Below, piece after piece: positions 50,955-63,300 of a DNA stretch of 64,000 nt. Numbering within the stretch: position 1 is the stretch's first letter; each line of letters opens with the position of its first letter. The position numbers and the translations under genes were made by a program. Under the pieces are notes generated by a model. It did not search any database. It was not told the DNA's origin and saw only the letters and a list, made by a program, of their open reading frames with translations. Source of the DNA: Tubiluchus corallicola (taxonomy: Eukaryota > Animalia > Priapulida); the NCBI GenBank assembly GCA_030141605.1, contig JAQGDQ010000021.1, positions 496,001 through 560,000 of the forward strand, in the 5' to 3' direction.

Positions 50955-53790
50955 TAGGCCGTCGTCAAACGACGGATCCGGCCCCACAGACAGACACAAA
51001 ATACAGAGAGATATTACAGTAGGAAATAAAATAAGTGAGTCATGAAAGTCCGTCGAGTCACTGCACATTATTCTTACGCCGACGCCTCTTTTCTTTGAGA
51101 TCTTCTATTCGTAGATGCTCAAAGTTGATCACTGCTCTCTTGCAGAGCGCTCTCCACTGAGTTCTGTCACTCGCCAGGGTCTCGAAGTTTTCTGGTTGGA
51201 TGTTGCATTGATTCAGGGTATCCTTCAGCTGGTCTTTGTAACGCTTAAAGGGCCTACCGACCCTCCTTGCCCCTACTGCCAACTCACCAAACAGGAGAGT
51301 CCGAGGAATACGGTCCTCACCCATCCGGGACACATGACCAGACCAGCGGAGCCGTGCCGCAAATATGTGGGATTCAATGCCCCAGGCATTACAGCGACCC
51401 AAGACTTCCGTGTTAGGCACTCTGTCCTGCCAGCGAATGCCAGCTATCCGACGTAAACAGCGCATATGGAAACTGTCAAGCTTCTTGACCTGTTTGCGGT
51501 ACAGTGTCCAGGTTTCGCAGTTGTAAAGTAGCACCGGTAGAATGGCTGCCTTGTAAACTGCCATCTTCGTTGCTAGGCGGACATCCCGGGTATTCCACAG
51601 TCTTCCTGACAGGCCCCCGAAGGTTGCTGCAGCCTTGCCAATTCTGGTGGTTATATCACAATCACTAGAGCAATCATTTGTCACTGTGCCTCCCAGGTAA
51701 CTGAACCGATCCACGACCTTTAGAGTTTCATCTCCGATCGTTATAGCAGGTGCTGTAGGAGTTGTACCAGGTCTAGGCTGCACTAAAACTTCTGTCTTCT
51801 TCACAGACACAGTCAGACCGAAACGGGTGGCTGATAAAGCGAAGTTGTCCATCAAAAATTGTGCATCCTCCATGGAATGACTGGCAAGTGCACAGTCATC
51901 AGCATACAGCAGTTCTCTTATCAAGGTGTAACACACCATCGTTCGCGCCTTGAAGCGGCGCAGGTTGAATACGCCGCCATCGTAACGAAACCTGACCTCG
52001 ACACCCCGATAGCACTCGTTGTAGGCATCGCGTATTACTGCAGCAATGACTATTCCAAAAAGCAGTGGGGCTAGTACACATCCCTGCTTAACACCGTTGT
52101 TGACTGCAAACGGAGAGGATTCCTGGTGCCCATCCACAATACGAGCCTGCATGCCATCATGAAAAGAGCGTATTATGTTGACAATTTTTGAGGGACATCC
52201 TGTCCGACACAGAAGTCTCCAAAGTCCCTCCCTGCTGACTGAATCAAACGCTTTTGTTAAATCCACGAATATCAAGTAGAGGTCCCGATGTTGCTCCCTA
52301 CACTTTTCTTGCAACTGCCGCACAGCGAAGATCATGTCAACAGTACCACGGTTTGCCCTGTATCCACACTGGCTTTCTGGGTGGAATTGCTCAGCGAGAG
52401 AACTAATGCGCCGTATAATTACTTGAGCCAGAATCTTTCCAGCAATACTCAACAGCGATATTCCCCTGTGGTTGTTGCAATCTGCGCGATCGCCTTTCCG
52501 CTTGTATAGATGGATGATCGTAGCATCTTTGAAGTCCTGCGGCACAGTCTCAGCCTCCTAAATGGTATTGAAAAGCTTGAAAAGCCTTTCCACAAGAAGC
52601 GGACCACCATACTTGAAGATTTCAGGGCTAATGCCATCTGCACCAGGGGCTTTTCCACATTTCATAGCCTTGATCGCAGCTTTCACCTCTTCCAACTGAA
52701 TCGGCACAGCCAGTTCCTCCATTGTTGGTTGTTGCGGCACGTTAATGATGACATCATCGTCGATGATAGAAGGATGTTTCCAAATCTGCTCGAAATGTTC
52801 AGCCCATCTCTGGACAATAGCAGTTGGTTCCGTGAAAAGCGTGTTACCATCTATTGACAAAACAGCCATGGATCCATTGAAACTAGGACCATGTGCAGTC
52901 TTCAGCTCTTGATAGAAGGCACGAGTATCATGCCGGTCGGCAGCATCCTGAAGTCTTATGGCTCGATCGACCCACCAAGCATCTTTCATCTTTCTAATCC
53001 TCGCCTGTGCAACAGACCTCGCTTGATGGTAGCCGTCTTTCTTTGCTTGGCAATTTTTATCATTCACCCAGTCCAGATGTTTCTCGTGCAGATTGGATAG
53101 TATGCCATGAATCTCCTGATCGTTGTGGTCAAACCAGTCGTTTTTGTCCCTACGACGTTTCCCAAGTGCTGCTGCAGCACTTTCATATGTAGTGGTTTTC
53201 AAAAGTTCCCACTCTTCCTCTACATTGCCTGCTATGGTGTCCAGCATCTCACTCTGTGCTTGGAATTGCGTGGATATCTTCTGCTCCAACAACATACACT
53301 GCAGTTGTCCCGGGTCTACAGTGAACGACCATCACACTGGTGCCGCCTACGTGTAAGTTTGCTGCTAAGGGCTCCCAGCAATACTCTTTGCCTGCCCCCA
53401 CCGCCGCACACTCATCGCCGCAGGACTGGAAATTTTTGATTGGTTGACTGTGGGACAACCTGCACAGATATGAGAAAGGTGGGTTTGTGCAGCGCCCACC
53501 CCACTCTCTCCTTCCGGCACGACATAATAGGCAGGTCCCAAATTGAGCACATGTCCATCACGAACCGGAGCGCAGCTGGCCAGCCTGAAGAACTCGATGA
53601 AAGTGAGAACCAGCCTGAATTGCCGGTTGCCAGCAGTGGCCGGGGATTTGGAATCAGAGTTACCTTCTCTTAGGTGGGCTTGTCTAAAGAGACTAAGCGG
53701 GCTCCACCTACCCCGGTTTGAAATCAGAGTCGCCTTCTCCTAGCCTTTGTCTGAGGAGACTTACCCTGCAAGGCATCATGGTTCTACATA
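50917..53790 (-). mobile_element. RTE-clade (BovB-like) non-LTR retrotransposon, with 5' UTR present and endonuclease deleted
   Basis: GC-rich island containing an RT ORF, a 3' UTR stem-loop CCGTCGT-N3-ACGACGG (50959-50975), an (AT)n tail (50917-50950) and a 5' UTR with a duplicated AGAAGG..ACTCTGATT.CAAA motif. The exact 5' end and TSD are unclear. Confidence 0.9.
51058..53295 (-). pseudogene. RTE reverse transcriptase ORF interrupted by one in-frame TAG at 52558-52560
   Basis: ORFs 53295-52558 and 52545-51058 are in the same frame: GKAPGADGISPEIFK...NTI*EAETVPQDFKDATIIHLYKRKGDR..CNNHRGISLLS..QCGYR..FVDLTKAFDSV..GVKQGCVLAPLLF..LLYADD..FSYLG..RLRWSGHVSRM..DRTQWR. The stop replaces the conserved Trp (TGG>TAG). 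Confidence 0.93.
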
Positions 53791-54029
53791 TGTCACATTG
53801 CTTCCCCAATTTTTCTTCTATTGTAATACTATCACTGATTTAACGAAAAACCTTGGTAATGATAATATACAAAATGTAGACGACATATTTTACATTAAAC
53901 TCTGGTAAAAAAACTATTGCTGAATAGTAAACATATAAACAACAAGAAAGCAAATGTGAAGTATGCAAACCGCCACAGAATGATTGCTTGTTTAACACTG
54001 ATAGTAAATTGCTTTTATAAAATAACATG

Positions 54030-54120
54030 ACACCATCATCATCATCATCATCTAAATGTCGCAGATAAGCTGCTGATACAATAATATGGTTCTGATTACG
54101 TCTTGTGGAATTGGCCTGCT
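54030..54120 (-). mobile_element. Possible 5'-truncated LINE 3' end with a (GAT)n tail
   Basis: The minus strand reads ...GCAGCTTATCTGCGACATTTA(GAT)6. A trinucleotide tail is typical of RTE/RTE-X ends, but no RT motif is visible. Confidence 0.3.
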
Positions 54121-55699
54121 TATTCTTGGTGTTTTTAGTAAATTTCATATTTTTACAAACATCACTGCGTGATATATGAATGTAACGCGATGAATGTAAA
54201 ATGCCTGCTCCTCAGCACAAGTTTGATTTTGCTGCTTTCGTGAGATTACTTTAGCTGCGATAAAACATGATGCGCTAAGTGCATGTGGCTTTTTCGTTCT
54301 AGTTGTGGTTCTTCACCTTGGTTTATTTTAGTGTGTTTATTTGAACTTAAGAACTCATTGTAGGTGAAGTTGGACAGTGGACGCCTAGGTGTCTCCTAAA
54401 TTCGTTGGGCATTTGACTTACGTAATTATCGCTATTTCCAAAATGTTAGTCTATTTCAAACAAAGAAGTATTAGTATTTTGTGAGTGTAGGAACACACGA
54501 CCCGGATGATGTCACGTCTACTGGCATCCATCAGAGATTTGTTTCCCTCTCAATTAGCTATGTCCGGATATTACTCGACTCACTTTATAGCTGTGTAATA
54601 AATATTCCTGCATCATTTAGTAACAGCAATTCATTAGCGACTCTCACGAGAGTTTCATTACCTGAATCTTTGAAGGAATACTATAAGTGTTTGTATACAG
54701 CAGAGACATGTGGCATCTGCTGGTTAATTCTGTAAGAGCCTGAGTACACCAGTGACATCTACTGGACATTAGCACCAGGATTTAATTACGTTGTCGTTTC
54801 TACCACATTGAGCATCGCCGTATTGGGCTCATCGATCACGTCAATAATAATGGGTTATTGCGTTTATCGACGTCTCCTTATACACTCCATTACTAAGAAA
54901 CGCTAGCTTATATCGATAACGGAGTTCTTTCTGCGCTTTTACTAAAAGCTTTGGCATGCAGAGGTAATGATTTTCTGTCACTCGGCATGTAAACTCGCTT
55001 GTTTTCCAGTGTCGTTTGTGTCACGGTAATTTAGTATGATTCATCTATATTGACATTTGAGTCAGTGGGCAGGTTAATCACGCCATTTCCGCAACTTGCG
55101 TGACAGTTTAGCCAGTTCTGATCCCCCAAGTTGAGCATTAATGGCTCTGGCTAGCCATAGGATGGATGAACACGACTTGTTTTATTATCTCCAAGAGTAG
55201 AGCTCCGTAGCCTATTTCCATTAAAACTTAAAAAACTCTCAATCTTAAAATGACACCATTTGTACGTTGATTTCCCTGGTTCGGATTGCCATATTTTTTA
55301 TGTAAAATTTCAATTAAGGTTTTTAAGAATGTAAAACAGTTACATCCACAACAGACTACAGTAATAAACTTTCGCAATACTCGTATCCTACTGAGTGTTT
55401 ATATCGAGTAGGACAGTTAGCTATTGACATATAAGCGTGCAACCGCCACAAATGAGCAGCTTTAGCTAATCTCCCGAGTTGAGGGTTATGTAAATACTGT
55501 TTCCCCCAAGAGCAGCAGAAATTTCATTTTCCGATGTTATTCTATAATTTTCAAACATTAAATACCCCTGGGTTGCGCTCTGTTCAAATTTAATCTCGAA
55601 TTGGTATGGCTAAGAAATTTTCAATATGCTGCTTATTAGAATCTGCTTGTTGTAATGATGGTGATTAGTGATTGCATTATAGGAAATAGCCACAAGCTG

Positions 55700-56436
55700 A
55701 TTATGTATTGTGCTTTAGTTCTGCTGGCAGTGCCAAGAGAATTCATTAGTGATAACGTGACATCGTCGATATCGTCGACCATGTCTGTCGTTTAAAATGA
55801 AAACAGACAGTTTAGTATAGAAACGCTTGAGCAATTCTGTCTTTTTCAACTCATCATTGTGATGACATCGTCTTGCCCCCCCCCCCCCAAGTTTAACTTT
55901 AGTTGGCTTCCATTCCTCGTTCTGATGCCGGTGGACAAAGGCGATATTATTGCCTTTACGCTGAAGGCAATCAGCTAAAGATTTTTTACATCTCTTCAAA
56001 GTGCTTCGAAACGGATGATGCTGTTTAAGCCAGTCAAACAGTTTTGATCTGACAAAAGCAATGAAGCCCCTAATAGCGGCAGATGAAAGACCACCGGTCA
56101 AATGACCACTAGATAAATTATTATTTTGCACTTCTGCTGGCAATGCATTTCAAAAAATTGTCATACATACAGTCCATGAGCCAGATCCGCAATATTTGGT
56201 CAACGGTTCCATTCAAGGGGGAAAAATTCTTCCAATGCATTTTGAAAAGTATTTCAGGTTGCCAAAAATTCCTAGTGGACCTTCCTACAGCACAGCTTTG
56301 TGGACGGTACTGGCCTATTTGTGAGGCCAGCCTCAAAAAGCTAAAACTAGCGAAGTTATTTTTGTCTACCTTTGTGATCATCTGAGTAGTAGCAGAAAAA
56401 AAGTGCCATGTCCATCTGGGCGCACTACCCCTTTAA
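55700..56436 (-). mobile_element. Possible Kolobok-like DNA transposon fragment (one end only)
   Basis: The minus strand begins TTAA|AGGGGTAGTGCGCCCAG at 56436, resembling Kolobok TTAA-AGG termini. The matching end was not found and the interior ORFs are not recognisable. Confidence 0.25.
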
Positions 56437-59400
56437 TTGTCCCGGTTCAAAATAACCTAAAAACGTGTTTATTGATATCATGTTTATTTTTACCTGGCTA
56501 TTTTTATTATACTGTAAGTTAATGTTGCTGACATACACAAATGAGCACTATTATTACTGTGTTTTCTTGAGAAATAACGCTTTGAGAAATGGCGTCAGTG
56601 TACTTATCAGCGTTAAGCCGTGCTTCCAAGTTAATGTTCAAATAGGACACTTTTTCAATACTCGTGCTTATTTTTCAATAGTTGGTGACATTTCGTTGTC
56701 ATGATTAATAGAAGGAGAAGTGCCTCAATATGTAATAACTGTAATGAATGATAATGCTACTAGCCACCAAGCACTCCGATCATATTTCATTCAAATGATT
56801 CTTGATTGCAACATTTACGTAGCCAGTTTTTCATACATATTTTTTATTTCCACTTACTGTAGAGTGAACAATTTTTCTTAAACTTCTGTATGATGAATAT
56901 TGTTTGACACTTGTGATTTCTGGGTCACTAGCTCTTTACGTAATTGTTGCTTGTGTTCTGGTTGTACTTAGTGTCAACATTTACATTGTTGTACGACATT
57001 TACATTTACATTGTGTACGACACAATGGTTATGGTTACTCTCACAGTCATCTGGATGGGATACGTATGATGAAAGTGTTTGAGAATTCTCCGATTTTTCC
57101 GATTTTTGTTCTGATTTTGTAACCTTGACTAATTTTAATATTTAAAAACATGTCTTCCCACAGTTCGTTGTCAGTATTGTTTTTGTCATATGCTGGCCAT
57201 GTTCGTTCTTGAGGTAAGAGTCCGTGCTTTTTGTGGTAATCAGCCATTGGCTGTTAATTAATAAATTATTTTGCTCACAGAGGCGGGTATCAAACTGTGT
57301 GACGAAAAAGAATTTTCTGGCTGCACTTCATTCATTTTAGGTGGTTAAAAAGAGGTAATTTTATTACAGGCATTTACGAAAGCCTTTGAATCCACTGAAC
57401 CATATGTAATTCTAAATGAAATATTCCGCCACTGGGATTCCGTTGACAGTAACAATATAAGACATATTTAGAGTACTATAATTGGTTTGGTCTCGTGTTT
57501 AAATACGAAACATCCTTCCGTAATCCACATACTTAGTTTATTAGAGATTTGTATCATTCATTATGCTGTGCGTCCTCTGCTTGTCCTCTTGTTGCTAGTC
57601 GTCTAATTAGCTGCCTGTTGAAGTTGAATCAATTAGATTTCTCCCTCTAGTAATGGTTCGTGATTGATAATCGATCATGCTAATAGCATGAGCCGATTAT
57701 TGCGCCCACACTTTAGGTCACTGGGGAAATGCCCGTCGGTAAGATTATATAACGCTGGGTTGAAAATTTAATCTGCAGTCCATGCAAATAATGAAATGCT
57801 TCAAGGTTATCCAAGAAGTATGTTACCCAGAATTACCAGAATGGGCCGAATTTACAGCTGCTACATTAATATAATAACAACTAATGTTGAATCTAAAAAT
57901 CATTGACGTCTGTGCAGCTGTGAGGCTAAATTTGCACTATAAAAGCCCTTTGCTAAAAATTTTCAATATTTTTGATATTCATTCAACGAAATTTCAGTTT
58001 CGGAGCTGCAGTAGCCCTTTAATGAGTCCAGTGACATCAATTGAAAATTCACGTTCTGTAACTTATCTGTATGATGGCCTTTAAGCGCACTGTGTTCCTG
58101 CAGAAATACTGCAGCCATTTAAACCAGCAAACTCGCATTGCTTTTACTTCAGTTCCGCTATCAATAAGAGATTATTGAAAAGACATTTTGTAATTCCCAG
58201 CGCGGGCATCTCTTCCAGCCTGATGGTGCAATAAAACACGGTTTGTCCACGTATCGATCGCAACTGTGCATTTTAACACATTGGCGTGCCACGTGGATCT
58301 ATCATTCCCTTTTCCTGTTATTATAACTCGTTAGCTCACAACCAACTAAATGGCCAAAGCTTAAGGTGATTTATGTTTGCACGTAGTAAGAGCATCTTTC
58401 AGCCTTCCCTTTAACAAGAAACGAAAACAAAACTCATTTACAATCAGAATGAATTAACGGTCTTTATTCTAGTTTCTATGGCTAGGATCAACTTTTTTTA
58501 TAGTTTCTGTGTCAAACTGACTGCATTCATTCAAAGCTGAGCGTTGGTGTATGTGATTGTTTCACTGTTTACTGTCCTTCCATTCTTAAGATGGCTTCAA
58601 TTTGTGTTATTCAATGGGCTGCACGGAATGGCTTTGGACACTCGATACTACGTAATTATTTGTTCAATTGAATGTGTGGTGGCTGGCATTGATGATTATA
58701 TTGACTTCTGTTGTCCGCTACTGCACAGGACATGCAGGACAAAACTTTGTATAGTGCACAAGGACAATGCATTCTAGTTTGAAGTTACGCGCTGATGGGA
58801 AATCCCACATTTATTAGTGTTTGACTGTGGATAGTACATGCAGATAACTCAGAATATATTTTGCGGTGTCGCTTTTCAGGGGAATTGAAATACAATACTG
58901 GCAGATGTATTGTGGCTTGGCCACTTTGTTTGGATCAAGCTTGATAAATTCTTAAATGGGTGCCAGAAATGCTTGTAGAGATGTTTCTAAGTTTTATAGG
59001 CTTTATAATCTTCATTACGTGTTAGTTCTTCATGGGGTGGTTTACTCTTGCAGAATTTAGGTCTGCCTGCCCGGAAAACAAAACCTTCATATAGTCCTGG
59101 ATTGTTTGGCTAGTGATTTAATAGATTTCCATTTGGTAAGCGAGTTTAACAATACTGAAATCGTTTTCGAATTTTGTTGATCTGCTTATCGTAAGCTGCC
59201 CGGCGGGCTTCAAATCGCTGTTTGCCCAGCGATCTGCAAAGCTGGTTATTATTGCAATAGTCGACATACCTAACGGACATTGCAACTCTATGAGCAATTC
59301 ATTTTATAATCATGCCATGTAATGTGTGCACACTAAACTCCCGATTAAAGCGGTCGATTCATTTGGCGGGCGATAAGTGTCCTATATTTGCCTTCATTTG

Positions 59401-59984
59401 AACGTCTTCAGCTTTGATTATGAAAGGCTGAGACGGTGGTGAAGACATCTCAAGAACTAGTGTAGTGATCAAAATATGACGTTACAAAACGTTAAATGAT
59501 ATTTTAGGAGCGTCGCAAGACTTGGTGAAATTTGTCACATTTGATCTTGATTGGTATTTTACGGTCATGAAATTTTGAATGCACTGGTAGTAAACATATA
59601 AATCAGCACACATGTTGCATATTTTAGAATTATAAGCATAGATGAGCTTTTCAAGTGACATTTGACCTTGAAACACATACTTTTAGAGAAAAAATAGTCG
59701 TTTTGCATCGTTAGCATTTTTTTATTACTAAGAACTGTTGCGAAAGGTTCAAAGCTCCAGTGCCAGGGAATTTTTAGTTATAAATGTATATAGCTAGATG
59801 CAAACTGTTGATTTCTTACTAGCCTAAACAATTACAAAATATCAGTTTAGTTGTAAATGTTACATACTACCTTAGGTTACCGCTGCTTGGGGATAAATTT
59901 CAAAATTCAAAACATATTTGCAGACTTTGTAATACTTTTGCTCATTTGTATTTTAAATTCTCGTTTTTGTCGAACAATTTCTAA

Positions 59985-61390
59985 AGTAGTTGCCAATGTT
60001 TCTGACATGGTCAGAAACTGAAGATTTTGTAACAATAGTTATAAAATTGAGCCTTAAAAATGAAGAGACGATATTTTTTCGTGAAGGTGCTTATTTTCTT
60101 TTATTCGATTCACCTTGCTTGAATACATGGGAAGTGCATTTCACAATGAAACTTCAGCATTCAATTGTTCAGCCCATCACCCACGTGTCAAAGGTCAACC
60201 AGTCTTGGCATAACTTATATCATTCAGTTTGTCTCATTGAGACCTTTCATTTGATATGCAACAAGCTGTTTTTTGATAGACCCTGGAAGGTATTTCTCTC
60301 CTCGACTCCTATTTTGCCCCCAATGGGGTCACAGGTTAACAATCCACACTGTGACCTATACCATTCGATTCGCCTCATCAAGACGTTTTATTTGATATGT
60401 TACATGGTACCATTCGTAGACACTCTATGCATTTCTGTTCCCGACCCCCATCTTTCGATTTTTGCCCCTACTGGGGTCGGAGATCAACCAGTCTCGACAT
60501 AACTTATACCATTCGGTTTGTCTCATCAAGACCTTTCATTTGATGTGCTACAAGCTAGTTCCGGTCGACACTGGAAGGCATTTCTCTCCTCGACCCCTAT
60601 TTTGCCCACTAGTGGGGTCACTTAACTATTTTCATTGTAACCCATGCCATTCGATCCGCCTCATCGAGACCTTTCATTTGATGCGCTACAAGGTACCATT
60701 GCTCAACACTCGATGCACTTCTGTTTCCGACCCCCATTTTTCAGTTTTTGCCCCCTAGTGGAAAATTTTGCTTCACGCGCAAGTCCCATATTTTGTGATG
60801 TACAAGGCCACGACACCACATAGCAACATACGAAATATTGTGGTCCTAGCTCGAAAAATGTGGGAGCAGATGGATCATAAAGAAAAAATAAATGAAGAGC
60901 AGCTTGCTCCATGACCTTTGAATCGGCAACTCCGGTCACATGTATACACGGATAACTTTATCCAGAGAGTGTACGCTGTGAGTTTTGTGTCCCTGGTTCT
61001 TAGCATGTAAAAGGTCACCAATTGGGGGACCCTAATTTTTGCGTTTTGGCCCCTCCCTCGGGTGTTTAAAACTTGCAGCTTTTTAAAACTCCAGGTGCAC
61101 ATCTACCTCACAGTACGCAAATACTTGTGAAAAAAATTGGGAAAAAACAAAAGCCCTAGGAGGAGATGCAAATTAACGGAAAACTGACCGACGCCCACTG
61201 CCCTTCCTCCTTGACCAATGGTCACTGGTTGCTATACTGTTGTACGTCCCCCGCCCAGGGCTACCAATCCTGTGAATTTGGTGACCCTAGCTTGCAAGGC
61301 TTAACATTTATTAAGCGTTAAAGTGGCGAAGAATAAATAAATAATAACTCAATGTAAAACAGTGAGATTTTACTATAACAAAATCTTAAA
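59985..61390 (+). mobile_element. Non-autonomous Helentron/HINE-like element with internal ~143-bp tandem subunits (dimeric ~288 bp)
   Basis: 5' hairpin GTTTCTGAC-ATG-GTCAGAAAC followed by TGAAGATTTTGTAA, as at 40984. The subunit anchor CATTC...CTCAT..AGAC.TTT.ATTTGAT occurs at 60221, 60362, 60510 and 60648 in an A-B-A-B pattern. The 3' end has an (AATA)n microsatellite and a hairpin GAGATTTT..AAAATCTT near 61373-61387. Confidence 0.6.
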
Positions 61391-61899
61391 AAATTAAAGT
61401 GTCACCAATAATCCTGAAGCCAAAGCATTATGACTATATTAGCAAAGTGCCTAGTGCTGCATTCAAGAGTTCAGTAAACTAGTTCAAGAGAAATGTCCGT
61501 TTCCTATACTCAGAGGGTGACACCGCATCCTTTAAATTGACGAACTGCAAACATGACGGAAATTACCACGCAATACGTGTTTGTCTGAGAAAATTGATCA
61601 ATTTTTACCGTCTGAATCGAATCAGTATGTTCGAGTTAGTGACAGGCTCATATTTTCACAACTATTTGGGATGACAACGAGTTATCGTGTATATTTTGCT
61701 GGCTTTGCGCTTGTATATTGACGGCTCATCTTTTTTATATGCAAGCAGACTTCCATTTTCAACAATTCAGCTCTATTTGGACGTATTCGGGGCTTATTAT
61801 CTCCTCTTTACTGCTAAAGTTTGTTTATATTAAAAACATTAAAGACTTTTAAAAGGCTGAAGATTTGCATAGTATTAATAATGCAATAGACAAACTCCA

Positions 61900-62220
61900 C
61901 CCTGGTTAACCTACGTTAGATCTCGAATAAAATGTAGCTTTCAGAAACCAGCATTTTAAGTTGCGATTAGGAGAACTTAACTAGATTTTATCTCTTGTGT
62001 TAAACCGCGTCTTACTACAAGGATTAAGAAAGTATCATTTTGATTGTTTAGTAATCTTAAGCGATTTTGTTTCAAGAAAGTTGAAGCCATTTGCCTTGCT
62101 GTTTGATTAGCTTTGACGAGCTAAAATTTTTCACTGAAGACCAGCGTTTATGTTTGTACAATTATTGTTCGCTGTGGGGAGTGTAGCAAGAGAATATAGA
62201 ATTGCTGATGGATTGAAATT
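61900..62220 (-). pseudogene. Highly decayed LINE apurinic-endonuclease fragment
   Basis: Minus-strand pieces SIFSCYTPH and FLKQNRLRLLN resemble RTE-type APE motifs (IISCYSPT; F...N.L.I.NT). Many stops are present. Confidence 0.3.
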
Positions 62221-62970
62221 TTCTTTCTGAGATAGTCCCAAGACTCTCATCAATATCACGTGAGTGACATTTGTTCCAAACGGTCTTTTGTCAGAACAGG
62301 AAATCAAGACGGCTGGGTTACCTCAAATTTTCTTTGTAAAGTTTTTGTGGTGCATTCTCGTATGATGTATACCCACTTTAACAAATGATACATTTTCTGA
62401 GTGTATGCTTAGTCTGTACTTTTTCATCGTTTTCCTGACGTTTTGTTAGGTAACACTAGTAACCAACGAAAGCATAGCAATGACCAAAATTCTTCTAATT
62501 ACCAAAATTTAAGGGTTTATTACTTGTTTAAGATGGGATTTATGAAAGCCTGCTAAGGGCTTTTATGATCATTTGTTCCCACTAACTACATATATATTAT
62601 ATACCGTGTATTTTGCATTTTTTGTTTGTTCTTATATAGCTATCATATTGAATGTTTAGACTGGTCTGAAATGTAACTGAATTATTTCACTGCGAGGATT
62701 TAATTCAGTTTTCTTTTGGCATCGCTTCATTGTTCATTTTATTTCCATGGCATTTCATTCGCCATAGTTCAAACTTATTAAAATTATAGTGTTCTGTTTT
62801 CTGATCGGCTCTGTCAGTGAGAAAGTCGAAGATAGTTTACTATTGCCAGACTGATTTTCGCGTACAATGTCAGACATAGGAGAATGAAAACCCGATGTAC
62901 GTTATTCGTGAAACACTTAAATTAATGACAATAACTTTTCAATCATTTTAACGTGAAGCAGACCGTATAT

Positions 62971-63300
62971 ATGACATGTGAATGTAATCGTAGTGTCATC
63001 AAAGCAAACAGACAAACTCGTGTAATGAAGGTGCCACATTACGTTCCGTGGCAGCTCAGCGAAGCAGAGGTGCAAAAGGTGCGAACTTACTGGAACATTC
63101 GCAGTGGGCAGCACCTCCACAGCCGCAATTATGTGCCCTGCAAGTGGAGAGCACTTGGGGCGTTTGACGGCAACGACAACGGTTGCTTGCGATGGAATCG
63201 CATCCATGCGAAGCTAGACAACCATCGGTTTCTTAGTAGTGATTCTGACTCAGAAGATGATGATGACGGTGAAGGCAATCGCAATGACGAAGAAGGCAAC
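62971..63300 (+). CDS. Probable coding exon (ATG 62971 or 63025) ending at a phase-0 donor; candidate alternative first exon of the SCHIP1-like gene or first exon of another gene
   Basis: GC-elevated open frame MKVPHYVPWQLSEAEVQKVRTYWNIR...FLSSDSDSEDDDDGEGNRNDEEGN|GTATGT with protein-like composition and an acidic tract. No family was recognised. Confidence 0.55.

Noticed and set aside
52558-52560. In-frame TAG in the RTE ORF as programmed read-through
   Set aside because: It sits at a conserved Trp codon (TGG>TAG, one transition), so an ordinary inactivating mutation is simpler.
51115-53743. Multiple plus-strand ORFs of 60-115 aa
   Set aside because: They are antisense shadows of the GC-rich RTE ORF and leader.
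59990-60758. 170-aa and 98-aa plus-strand ORFs
   Set aside because: They are translations of tandem subunits of the HINE-like repeat, with no protein motif.
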